Below are positions 1-8,453 of a stretch of DNA of 64,000 nt, in pieces. The notes under the pieces were generated by a model that saw only the letters and a list, made by a program, of their open reading frames with translations, was not told where the DNA came from and did not search any database. This stretch comes from Verrucomicrobiales bacterium (GTDB lineage Bacteria; Verrucomicrobiota; Verrucomicrobiia; Verrucomicrobiales; SLCJ01), in NCBI GenBank assembly GCA_046075565.1, contig JBJTQJ010000025.1:1-64000 (forward strand). Reading direction: 5' to 3'. The stretch's first letter is position 1; each line of letters begins with the position of its first letter. A program made the position numbers and the translations under genes.

Positions 1-141
1 ATGGATGTGCGCCTACAACCAAGAACGCCCGCACGACGCTCTCGGCAACCTCCCTCCAGCCCTCTACCGCCAACAACAAACCACAAACAATACCGCCCAA
101 AACTCTACTTTAGAATTGTCTCATTGACAGGGGAGCTTACA
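1..141 (+). mobile_element. Right end of an IS3-family insertion sequence (truncated by the window start)
   Basis: Frame 2 reads WMCAYNQERPHDALGNLPPALYR, matching the IS3 integrase-core YNxxRPHxxL motif. It is followed by an IS3-type terminal sequence ...ttgtctcattgacaggggagcttaCA ending at 141. Confidence 0.85.
2..127 (+). CDS. IS3-family transposase OrfB, C-terminal fragment (partial)
   Basis: Own translation of frame 2; stop TGA at 125-127; not in the ORF track. Confidence 0.8.
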   Translation, partial: WMCAYNQERPHDALGNLPPALYRQQQTTNNTAQNSTLELSH

Positions 142-145
142 AGAG

Positions 146-238
146 GCCAACGAAACACGCGAAACACACGAAAAGAATCAGAGGGAGGGAAGTCGTTGCG
201 CATTTCTCCCGCTTCAAGGTTTCGTGTGTTTCGTTGGC
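146..238. repeat. Inverted-repeat element with 9-nt periodic arms
   Basis: gccaacgaaacacgcgaaacacacgaaa (146-173) pairs with tttcgtgtgtttcgttggc (220-238). Confidence 0.85.
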
Positions 239-400
239 ATAATTTCATGGTCGCGTGTGGAGCGCCAAGGTTGCCACGGTAGATATCAGCCGGCGGATAT
301 CCCCGAGGCCGGGTGGTCTGGACTTTGGTAGGTCGGTTTCCGGTGCACTTCCCAGAAGATGGAATCTGGCAGCACTTTTCCCCGGCAGGCTCTAGCCCAG

Positions 401-487
401 GCCTATCAAGCCGTGCGTGGCAACCGGCGACAGTGCCGTAGACGAAGTCAACCCTTGCCCCGCCGGTGCCACCACTCTACGTTCGGC
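401..487 (+). mobile_element. Integron attC site 1 (R'' degenerate)
   Basis: gcctatc (401-407), N9, gtggcaAccggcg (417-429) ... cgccggtgccac (461-472), N8, GTTCGGC (481-487). The stem has one extrahelical base. Confidence 0.75.
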
Positions 488-513
488 AAGAATAATAGGA
501 AGCCTACCAATCC

Positions 514-750
514 ATGAACACCGCACGAACCATATTGTCTCTAGCTTTCGCGTTCACTGCCACCGCGTCGGCCTTCGATCTTTTGCTGCGTTGGAATGGT
601 CCCGGAGCGACGCATCCACTGGAAGGTTCGTGGCCCACCTTTGCGGACCAAGAGTATTTCATCGAGACCACTTCCGACCAGTCCGCAGGCTTAGACCCCG
701 CCACCCACAACCACCGCCCCTCGCTCTCCGCCACCCGCAAATCCGTGTAG
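514..750 (+). pseudogene. Truncated paralog of the N-terminal module of the downstream esterase
   Basis: Signal peptide plus FDLLLRWNGPGATHPLEGSWPTFADQEYFIET matches FALTLRWNEPGAADPLEGSWPTMTGQQYFIET of the next gene; similarity then ends. Confidence 0.7.
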
Positions 751-823
751 TCCGTATCTTTCTGATCCGACGCGCAACTTGCCTGCCCTGCCGGGGTTTC
801 CCATTATCACACAAAGCCACTTT

Positions 824-1996
824 ATGAAAAAATTCGTGATTCGTTATCCGCTCAATCTCATTTTGGTGGCCGTGTCCGGTGCCGCTTGCCTGCTAAATAC
901 GATTGCCTCCGCACAGTCCTTCGCCCTCACACTGCGCTGGAACGAGCCGGGTGCAGCCGACCCGCTCGAAGGCTCGTGGCCCACCATGACCGGGCAGCAG
1001 TATTTTATCGAAACGAGCCGTGATCTCGCACAGTGGTCGCTGTTGCCATTCATGGAGACCGGAAATGGCACACCCGTGAGCCGGCCACTACCCTCGGACG
1101 GAAGCGGCGGTTTTTTCCGGGCATGGCGGCTGCCGCCACCCCCCGCAAACCGGCCCTGGGTGACTGCCGCAGCGAGTGGCACGTTAGTCCGGTTTCATCT
1201 CTTCCGTAGCGTCATCATCGGCCGGCCGGTGAGTTTCCATGCGATGATGCCTCCGTCTTACGATGCCGATCCCGCGCGCCGCTATCCCGTGCTCTACTGG
1301 CTGCACGGATCCGACGGTAGCGACCCGACCACCTTGCCCAACCTGGGCCAATTCTACCAGAACGGCATGGTCAACGGCCAGATGCCCCACGCCATCGTGA
1401 TCATGGCCAACGGGCTCCCCAACAGCATGTGGTGCAACAGCAAGGACGGCACCAATCCGGTGGAATCCATGATCATCGGGGAGCTGATTCCGCATGTGGA
1501 CCGCACCTTCCGCACCATCGCCTCGCGGGCGGGGCGGATCGTCGAAGGTTTCAGCATGGGCGGACAAGGCGCCGGCCGCTTCGGGTTGAAGTATTCCGAT
1601 CTCTTCCGGGCTTGCTCGCTGCTCGGGGCGGGACCCTTGCAAGAGCCCGATTTTCTCGAAAACGATCCCAACCTGGCGCCGATCGCGTCGCGCCAGCAGC
1701 TTTTTGCCGCCGTTTACAGCAGTGACAACGATTACTACCTCGCGCAGCATCCACGGACGTGGGCGACAGCCCGCGCGGGGCAACTCCCGTCCGACCACCG
1801 CATCCGCATCAAGGTGGGAGCCGCAGACAGTCTGCGGGACAACAACCGCAAACTGCGCGACCACCTCGTAGCACTGGGCGTGGCCCACAGCTACCTCGAA
1901 TTGCCCAACGTGGGACACACCGCGATGCAGACCCTCTCCGGGGGGACCAACCAATGGCAGTTTTACCAAGACACTCTCAGCGCCACCGGGCCATAG
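824..1996 (+). CDS. Secreted alpha/beta-fold esterase (CE1/enterochelin esterase-like) with an N-terminal small beta domain; cassette gene
   Basis: Signal peptide, RYPVLYWLHG, GFSMGG nucleophile elbow and C-terminal His (VGH). ATG 824 chosen as start. Confidence 0.85.
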   Translation: MKKFVIRYPLNLILVAVSGAACLLNTIASAQSFALTLRWNEPGAADPLEGSWPTMTGQQYFIETSRDLAQWSLLPFMETGNGTPVSRPLPSDGSGGFFRAWRLPPPPANRPWVTAAASGTLVRFHLFRSVIIGRPVSFHAMMPPSYDADPARRYPVLYWLHGSDGSDPTTLPNLGQFYQNGMVNGQMPHAIVIMANGLPNSMWCNSKDGTNPVESMIIGELIPHVDRTFRTIASRAGRIVEGFSMGGQGAGRFGLKYSDLFRACSLLGAGPLQEPDFLENDPNLAPIASRQQLFAAVYSSDNDYYLAQHPRTWATARAGQLPSDHRIRIKVGAADSLRDNNRKLRDHLVALGVAHSYLELPNVGHTAMQTLSGGTNQWQFYQDTLSATGP

Positions 1997-2025
1997 ACCG
2001 ACGATGAAGGGCAAGATTCACAGAA

Positions 2026-2149
2026 GCCGAACAAGACTTCTCTCCTAACGCCTGACCCGCCTCCAGTTCCAGTCGTCATGACCGCTACAACCTCAACCCA
2101 CAGTCGAAGCCTCGCCCCCGGTCAGGCGTAGGAGGACTCGACGTTCGCT
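2026..2149 (+). mobile_element. Integron attC site 2
   Basis: GCCGAAC (2026-2032), N9, ctcctaAcgcctgacc (2042-2057) ... ggtcaggcgtaggag (2120-2134), N8, GTTCGCT (2143-2149). Same geometry as attC1, and it lies just after the esterase stop. Confidence 0.85.
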
Positions 2150-2160
2150 GAAAACAATTC

Positions 2161-2188
2161 TTGCTTTGTAGCCCATGCGTGCTACAAT
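2161..2188 (+). promoter_or_regulatory. Sigma70-like promoter with overlapping palindromic operator of the TA module
   Basis: TTGCTT-N16-TACAAT overlapped by the inverted repeat ttgtagc (2166-2172) / gctacaa (2181-2187). Confidence 0.6.
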
Positions 2189-2191
2189 CGG

Positions 2192-2422
2192 ATCAAGAAA
2201 GAAGCAGTCGTCCGTGCCAGAGTTGAGCCACGCCTTAAGGAGGAAGCAGAGACCGTATTTGAGTGTCTGGGTATTTCGACCACTGAGGCGATCCGGATGT
2301 TCCTCACCCAGGTGAAGATGCGGCGTGGATTGCCGTTTGCGGTGGAGATTCCAGCTGACTCGGATATTTTGCGTTCGGCCACAGCAAGACAAGCAGCACT
2401 TGATACATGCTATGACGACTAA
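2192..2422 (+). pseudogene. RelB/DinJ-family antitoxin with ATC in place of a start codon (mutated or non-canonical start)
   Basis: Reads (I)KKEAVVRARVEPRLKEEAETVFECLGISTTEAIRMFLTQVKMRRGLPFAVEIP..., a ribbon-helix-helix RelB/DinJ signature. No in-frame ATG lies upstream. Confidence 0.8.
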
Positions 2423-2735
2423 GCCCGGAGAAGTGTATCGAGTCGATCTTGGTGCCGGCGGCAAGATGCGGATGATGCTGGTCGTGTCACGCGAGGACTC
2501 AAACCCGCCGAGGGCCCTCACCCTATGTGTCCCGATCACATCCGCATATTGAGGTTCATCGTATGAGGTGGAATTGCCATCAAGACCTTTTCTGCGGATG
2601 AAGAGCTATGCGAATGTGCAGGGCCTGCAAGCCGTGCGGCACCAGGAGCTACAGGGACCGATCGGAACATTTTACGGCAAGGCCATGGATGAGGTCCGCA
2701 CCGCACTTCGTTATGCGATGGAACTCGAAGCCTAG
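2412..2735 (+). pseudogene. MazF/PemK-family toxin with an internal stop
   Basis: MTTKPGEVYRVDLGAGGKMRMMLVVSR...LCVPITSAY*GSSYEVELP...SYANVQGLQAV...LRYAMELEA. TGA at 2550-2552 is in frame and homology continues beyond it. Confidence 0.85.
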
Positions 2736-2963
2736 GTTCAAACACGAAGTGCCACGGAATAAGCTTCAACAGGAAACTTTTCTAGGCCGGCCTTGAACTT
2801 TGGTCGTTGTTTCTGGCCCGCAGTTTCCGGACAAGCACACGAGTGCGGTTACTCGTCCCGGTTCGTTTTCCCGCAGCCCGAAGCCTCCGGAGCGTTCCAT
2901 AACTTTTTTCTGGACATTGCGAAGCGCGCATCTCACCCTATCTTTGCATCCATTTTTCGAATC

Positions 2964-4088
2964 ATGAATCCAATCAGCACCATCCTCGGCGTTTCTTTGT
3001 TCGGTATATGCTCCTGCCCGTTTGCCATGGCGGGAGTCGAGCGCGAGATCTATGGCAAAATGCCCGACGGGCGCGAGGTGGCAATCTACACGCTCACCAA
3101 CAAGAACGGCCTAAAGGCCCGAGTTACGGATTATGGTGCCATCCTCGTTTCCATGGAAGTGCCCGACCGCGATGGAAAAACCGCCGATGTTACCCATGGA
3201 TATGACGACCTCGCCGGCTGGTTGACCAATACCAGCTACTTCGGCGCCACGGTAGGTCGTTTCGGCAACCGCATCGCCCATGGCAAATTCACGCTTGATG
3301 GCAAAGAATACAAACTCGCCACCAACAACGATCCGGGCGGTGTGCCATGCCACCTCCACGGCGGGGTCAAGGGCTTCGACAAGGTCCTCTGGTCGAGTCG
3401 CACGGTCTCCAACAATGGCGTGGAGTTCACCTACCTTTCCAAGGACGGCGAAGAAGGTTATCCCGGCAATCTGAAGTCGATCGTCACCTACACGCTCAAT
3501 GATTCCAACGAACTCAAATGGGAGGCCAAAGCGACCACCGACGCGCCGACAATTCTCAATCTGGTCCATCATTCCTACTGGAACCTGTCCGGCGACCCCT
3601 CGACCACCATCAACGACCATGAACTCATGCTCGCGGCGCCCCATTTCCTGCCCACCGACATCGGACTCATCCCGACCGGCGAAATCGCTCCCGTCGCCGG
3701 CACACCGATGGATTTCACCAAGCCGAAGGTCATCGGCGAACGAATCGAAGCGGACACCGAAGCCTTGAAATTCGGCGGCGGCTACGACCATTGCTGGGTT
3801 CTGGAAAAAGGAGAAAACGTGCGGCCCGCCGCGCGACTGAAGGATCCCAAGTCGGGGCGCATCCTGGAGATTTCCACCAATCAACCCGCCATCCAATTCT
3901 ATGGCGGCAATTTCCTCGATGGAACTGTGGCCGGCAAAGGAGGAGTCAAGTATCCTAAACGCAGCGCTCTCTGTCTGGAGACCGAAGGTTTCCCCGATTC
4001 CCCGAATCGCAAGTCGTTCCCGTGCCCCGTGCTGCGACCAGGCGAGGAATATCATCATGTGATGATCCACAAGTTCTCCGCCGAATGA
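2964..4088 (+). CDS. galM: Aldose 1-epimerase (galactose mutarotase), exported
   Basis: YFGATVGRFGNRI, HLHGG, HSYWNL, GGYDH and CLETE motifs; signal peptide. Confidence 0.93.
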   Translation: MNPISTILGVSLFGICSCPFAMAGVEREIYGKMPDGREVAIYTLTNKNGLKARVTDYGAILVSMEVPDRDGKTADVTHGYDDLAGWLTNTSYFGATVGRFGNRIAHGKFTLDGKEYKLATNNDPGGVPCHLHGGVKGFDKVLWSSRTVSNNGVEFTYLSKDGEEGYPGNLKSIVTYTLNDSNELKWEAKATTDAPTILNLVHHSYWNLSGDPSTTINDHELMLAAPHFLPTDIGLIPTGEIAPVAGTPMDFTKPKVIGERIEADTEALKFGGGYDHCWVLEKGENVRPAARLKDPKSGRILEISTNQPAIQFYGGNFLDGTVAGKGGVKYPKRSALCLETEGFPDSPNRKSFPCPVLRPGEEYHHVMIHKFSAE

Positions 4089-4185
4089 CCCGACCCCTCG
4101 GGCGCAAAAATTCGGAAAGTCCTGACCAGCCGTTTCGCGAAATGGGCACACCCCCGCACGAGTGTGATCTTCCCGAGTTGAATCC

Positions 4186-5775
4186 ATGAGAATCTCTTCC
4201 TTGTTCCCCACGTTCCGATCCGCCATTTGTCTCATTGTCCTTTCGGGCATCGCTACGGCTGATTTGACTCCCGGCCAAATCGAATTCCGCCGGCAGGCGA
4301 CGCGGCGAATGATCTTCGATGCCAACCAGGAGATTCCACTCTCGGGGATGGACCCTTCCAAAGTCGTCGGTTTGGATCTGATGTATCCTCCGGTGGGCAC
4401 GCCAACTGGAAAAGGCATCAGCGTGCTTCACAACGGCATGCTGCGGGTTAGCGCGGACACCGCGTCGCGCGATGCCCGCTGGATCGGTGCGTTCAATCCT
4501 TTCGCTTCGTATGCCATGGCGGTGGAGCGGTTCACCGGCTCGGGCGAGGTCGGTATCCTTTTTCGGGACTCCGACCAGGACAACCGTTTCAGCGCGTCGC
4601 TCGTCGTGTCCGAAGGATCCTGCTCGGCCATCCGTTGGGTGGTCGTGAAGGATGGCAAGGAAGTGATGCGAGACGACTTCCCCTTGCCCCAGGATTTGAA
4701 GCCCGCCTTCCCGCTGCGGCTGCGGGTGCAAATGCTCGCTGTGGGAGTGAATCTCTTTCTCGAGACCAACGGTCAATCCCATCTTATCTGCTATCCGGAT
4801 TTCGCCAATCACTTCGAGCTCCGCGAACAGACCTTGATGCGGCGATTCGAGTTTTGCCTGCACACCGACCTCGGCAGCGGTGCCGTAGTGGACATCCGGG
4901 AAATGATATCGTCGCTGTCGCCGGGCTGTGGTCAGGCCGACATCCGCGCCATCACTCTACCGGATGGTGCCCCGCTGATTGATGAAGGACGCCTTTGGTT
5001 CACCATGACGGTGCGGGGGCGCGGCCTTCCCCATCCGATGCAAGGAGTCTTTTCGATGAATCCATCGGTCTTCGATCTGAAATTCGAGGGCATCATCGTA
5101 TTCGACACCGGAGATGGCTTGTTGAGGAACGAACTCGCTTCCCATTTGTTCTACGATGAATCTTCCAAGGAGTGGCGCGGCTGGACCGTGGGATTCAGCG
5201 CCTACGGCAAGGATGCGAAAGGCGAACAAAAAGCCGTGCTCGCGGTTTCGAGCACGCGTGATCCGCGGAAGGGATTCTCCATCATGCGTGCAAAGCCCAT
5301 CGGATTGCCGCAGGGAATGCATGAAGATCCCCATGGGCTTTTCGATGCGGAAGCAGGCAAGTGGCGCATGTTGCTCGCCGAACACGCCGGCAAATTCCGC
5401 GCCAGCATGTGGGAATCCGATGCTTGGGATCAAGGCTACAAGAGGATCAGCGGCCCCGTGGAAATGGATAGCACCGGCACATCCATCGCCAAAGTCGGTG
5501 GCAAACGCTACGCGATGTTCGGCAGTGCCGACCGCAAGGTTTATGTGCGCACCTATCCGGATCTAGAACCCGCGGGCGAGTTGAACATCCACCTTCCTCC
5601 GTGGAATGATGACCACGGCACGCGCATTTGGCCAAATGTCATCCCGCTGCCCGAAGGATATCCCGCGCCCTACATCGCCCTGATGATGGACCGGGCCAAC
5701 TTCCCCGGCATGCCGAAACAGAACTGGACCTACGGTGCCATGTATCTTTACCATGGGCATCCGTCCCGGCAGTGA
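4186..5775 (+). CDS. Secreted hypothetical protein, possibly a beta-propeller glycoside hydrolase
   Basis: 529 aa ORF with a signal peptide and a Trp/Asp-rich, beta-strand-like C-terminal half (HEDPH, DSTG); downstream of galM. Confidence 0.6.
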   Translation: MRISSLFPTFRSAICLIVLSGIATADLTPGQIEFRRQATRRMIFDANQEIPLSGMDPSKVVGLDLMYPPVGTPTGKGISVLHNGMLRVSADTASRDARWIGAFNPFASYAMAVERFTGSGEVGILFRDSDQDNRFSASLVVSEGSCSAIRWVVVKDGKEVMRDDFPLPQDLKPAFPLRLRVQMLAVGVNLFLETNGQSHLICYPDFANHFELREQTLMRRFEFCLHTDLGSGAVVDIREMISSLSPGCGQADIRAITLPDGAPLIDEGRLWFTMTVRGRGLPHPMQGVFSMNPSVFDLKFEGIIVFDTGDGLLRNELASHLFYDESSKEWRGWTVGFSAYGKDAKGEQKAVLAVSSTRDPRKGFSIMRAKPIGLPQGMHEDPHGLFDAEAGKWRMLLAEHAGKFRASMWESDAWDQGYKRISGPVEMDSTGTSIAKVGGKRYAMFGSADRKVYVRTYPDLEPAGELNIHLPPWNDDHGTRIWPNVIPLPEGYPAPYIALMMDRANFPGMPKQNWTYGAMYLYHGHPSRQ

Positions 5776-5802
5776 ATTCCACGCGGATGCGCCATTCCGG
5801 AA

Positions 5803-7302
5803 TCAAGGGACCGCTCCCGGATAGGATGCGAGAGTCGCCTTGAGTTTTTTCAGCACGCAGGGCAGCTCGTCCCGCAGATTGCGGGTTTCCGGTAGATCAT
5901 TCTGATAGTCGTAGAGTTCATACTCGGCCGTGTCGGCCTTGGCACCCGGTTTCTTCCACTCCACCATGCGATACCGTTCGGTGCGGATGGCGCGTCCAAA
6001 CTTGCCTTTTGGATAAATGTGGTAAGCGTGATCCCGGACACGCGCGGCGGGGTCCTTTAACACGGGAACCAGGCTGAGTCCGTTTATGGGCTGCGGCCCG
6101 CTTGGCGCGGGAAGGCCCGCCAGTTCGGCGAGCGTGGGAAACACGTCGACACTTTCCGTTGGCTGGCTGGTGTGGCCGCCGGGTTTTGCCACACCGGGTG
6201 CGACAATAACGAGAGGAATACGTGCGGCCTGTTCATAGTTCGTATGTTTGGTCCAAATTCCCAGATCGCCGAGGTGGAATCCATTGTCTCCCCAAAGCAC
6301 GATGATGGTGTTTTCCGAAAGACGCAATTGTTCCAGTTCCGCCAAGACCCTGCCGATCTGCGCGTCGACATAACTCGTGCTCGCAAAGTAGCCATGAATG
6401 AGATTGCGTTTTATTTCCTCGGAGATAGATGCCGGATCACCCTTGTCGGGCACGGGAAAGTAATTGCGGATCTCTCCTTCTGTTTTGTAAGCAATCGCCG
6501 GTGATCCCTCGGGAGCCTTTTCGATGGCCGGCATCGGCAAGGTGGCGGGATCGTGCATGTCCCAATACTTTTTCGGAGCACTGAACGGCAGATGGGGACG
6601 CGCGAAGCCGACAGCGATGAAAAACGGCACGCCCTCCCGCTCCTTCGCGGCCCGGAGACGCTTGATGGTTTCCGCGGCCACCCGACCATCGGCATAAGCG
6701 TCATCATCGACATCGGGTTTTTCCCATGCCGCTCCCCGCGGCAGCGATTTCACCTCATCGAGGCGGGTGTTCGAGAAGAGCGCTTCTTCGCGCGTCAGTT
6801 TTCCATCGGGAGTGCTCGCCGGATCGAGATACTCGATCACCTTGTCTTTGAAATGGGGAACGGAAAAGGAAACCGGATCTCCGTCGTTGCCATGGCCGAT
6901 GTGATAAATCTTGCCGAGGGACTCGGTTCGGTATCCGGACTTTGCGAAATGCTGCGGCAGTGTGACCGCATCCGGGCATTTGTCCCGCAATTTGTCGCCC
7001 AGTTCATACAAGCCGGTCGAAGTCGAGTGGGAACCGAGCATCAACGTGCAGCGTGAAGGCGCGCACACGGCCTGATTGCAGAAGGCCAGATCAAAGAGCA
7101 TCCCGCGCGCGGCCAGGGCATCGAGTTGGGGTGTCTTGGCATGACGATCCCCGAAGGCGCCAATCGCCGGTTTGAGATCATCGACCAAGATAAGCAGTAT
7201 ATTCGGACGCTGCGACTCGGCGGAAGCGCATGGACACACGATACTGGCGAGGAGAAGCAACACCCGAAGCAGGGAAAGTCGGAGGAGATGTTGGCAAAGC
7301 AT
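5803..7302 (-). CDS. Sulfatase (iduronate-2-sulfatase-like)
   Basis: RPNILLILVDDL, CAPSR formylglycine motif, GKIYH and WGDNGFHLG. Start uncertain. Confidence 0.92.
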   Translation of the reverse strand: MLCQHLLRLSLLRVLLLLASIVCPCASAESQRPNILLILVDDLKPAIGAFGDRHAKTPQLDALAARGMLFDLAFCNQAVCAPSRCTLMLGSHSTSTGLYELGDKLRDKCPDAVTLPQHFAKSGYRTESLGKIYHIGHGNDGDPVSFSVPHFKDKVIEYLDPASTPDGKLTREEALFSNTRLDEVKSLPRGAAWEKPDVDDDAYADGRVAAETIKRLRAAKEREGVPFFIAVGFARPHLPFSAPKKYWDMHDPATLPMPAIEKAPEGSPAIAYKTEGEIRNYFPVPDKGDPASISEEIKRNLIHGYFASTSYVDAQIGRVLAELEQLRLSENTIIVLWGDNGFHLGDLGIWTKHTNYEQAARIPLVIVAPGVAKPGGHTSQPTESVDVFPTLAELAGLPAPSGPQPINGLSLVPVLKDPAARVRDHAYHIYPKGKFGRAIRTERYRMVEWKKPGAKADTAEYELYDYQNDLPETRNLRDELPCVLKKLKATLASYPGAVP

Positions 7303-7462
7303 GGCGGCTGCGGCAATCCCGATGCTCCCATTGATAGCCTGGGTTGTCGAGAACATTGTCCGGAGCGGATGAGAGCTGCGACATGGCTTCCCGGAAAAGA
7401 TTCCGGCTTGTCGGAACGGGAAGGCAGTTGACGCCCCGGCTGCCCGCCCGGAAAGTTGGCCA

Positions 7463-8281
7463 ATGAAATTCCGCCCGTTCTCCCTGCTCGCTCTCTTTGC
7501 CACCGCCTCCCTGCATGCGGGAGACCCCTCGACGGCCGCCGCCGCGCCGGCGGGTGCGGAAGCCCCTGCCCCGGCCGAGCCGGAGTATCCCGTCCCGACC
7601 GACCCGGTGGTCATCAAGACCGATTCGAGTTATGCCTTTGGTTTCCAATTCGGTCAGTATTTCCTCCAGCAGCTTGGCTCCCGCGGGGTGCTAGCGGCGG
7701 ATGTGGACCTCAATGCGTTCATGAAGGGCTTTGAAAAATCCATCGGCGGGGCACAAATCACCCCACAAGAACAGCAGAAACTGGGTGCTGCCCTTCAGGC
7801 TTTCGACAAGCAGCTCCAGGAACGTCGCGCCAAAGCAGCCGCCGGCAACTCCGAGGACGGCAAAAAGTTCCTCGCCGAAATCAAGGCCAAACCGGGTGTC
7901 ACCGCCACGGCCAGCGGACTCCTCTATGAAGTTCTCAAGGCCGGGGAAGGCAAAAAATACGAGGGCGATGGTTCGGACCAGCCGCAGTTCAAGGTCCGTT
8001 ATGAGGGCCGCCTGATCGACGGGAAGAAATTCGATGGAGACCTGAAGGGCGAACCCGTGTCCTTCGGCCTGGGCGTCATCCCCGGTTTCCGCGAAGCCTT
8101 AAAGCTCATGCCCGTCGGCTCGCTCTGGCGGCTCTACATCCCCGCCGAACTCGGTTACGGCGACAAAGGACTCGCCGCCATCCCACCGGGCAGCACCCTC
8201 ATTTTCGACCTGGAAATGGTGGATTTCTCCGTCCCCACGACATCAACCACCCCTCCCATCTCCATCCCGGCCCAGCCCTGA
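7463..8281 (+). CDS. FKBP-type peptidyl-prolyl isomerase (FkpA/Mip-like)
   Basis: Signal peptide, SYAFG N-domain, SGLLYEVL, YEGRLIDG, YIPAELGYG and IPPGSTLIF. Confidence 0.93.
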   Translation: MKFRPFSLLALFATASLHAGDPSTAAAAPAGAEAPAPAEPEYPVPTDPVVIKTDSSYAFGFQFGQYFLQQLGSRGVLAADVDLNAFMKGFEKSIGGAQITPQEQQKLGAALQAFDKQLQERRAKAAAGNSEDGKKFLAEIKAKPGVTATASGLLYEVLKAGEGKKYEGDGSDQPQFKVRYEGRLIDGKKFDGDLKGEPVSFGLGVIPGFREALKLMPVGSLWRLYIPAELGYGDKGLAAIPPGSTLIFDLEMVDFSVPTTSTTPPISIPAQP

Positions 8282-8453
8282 AGCGGCTCCCGGCCCCCGG
8301 ATTCCCGAAAAAATCTGGAAAATCTTGCCTTGGAATGCGCGGGAGGATTTGCGAAATCCCCCGGGCATGGCTAGGATATGCCCCCCCGCGCCGGGAGCCT
8401 CCCGCCGCCGCCAATTCCCCAGTCCCTTTCCCTTACCAACCGCCGAACCGGAC

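Noticed and set aside
1-282. 93 aa ORF from the track
   Set aside because: Wrong frame; the coding signal is the IS3 transposase end in frame 2, and the ORF runs through the IS end and a repeat.
2550-2552. TGA recoding or an alternative genetic code, suggested by in-frame TGA in mazF and in the phosphoesterase
   Set aside because: Many intact genes (galM, clpP, pgk, rplS, metH) end in TGA, the implied residues differ (Arg vs Gly), and the phosphoesterase also has a frameshift.
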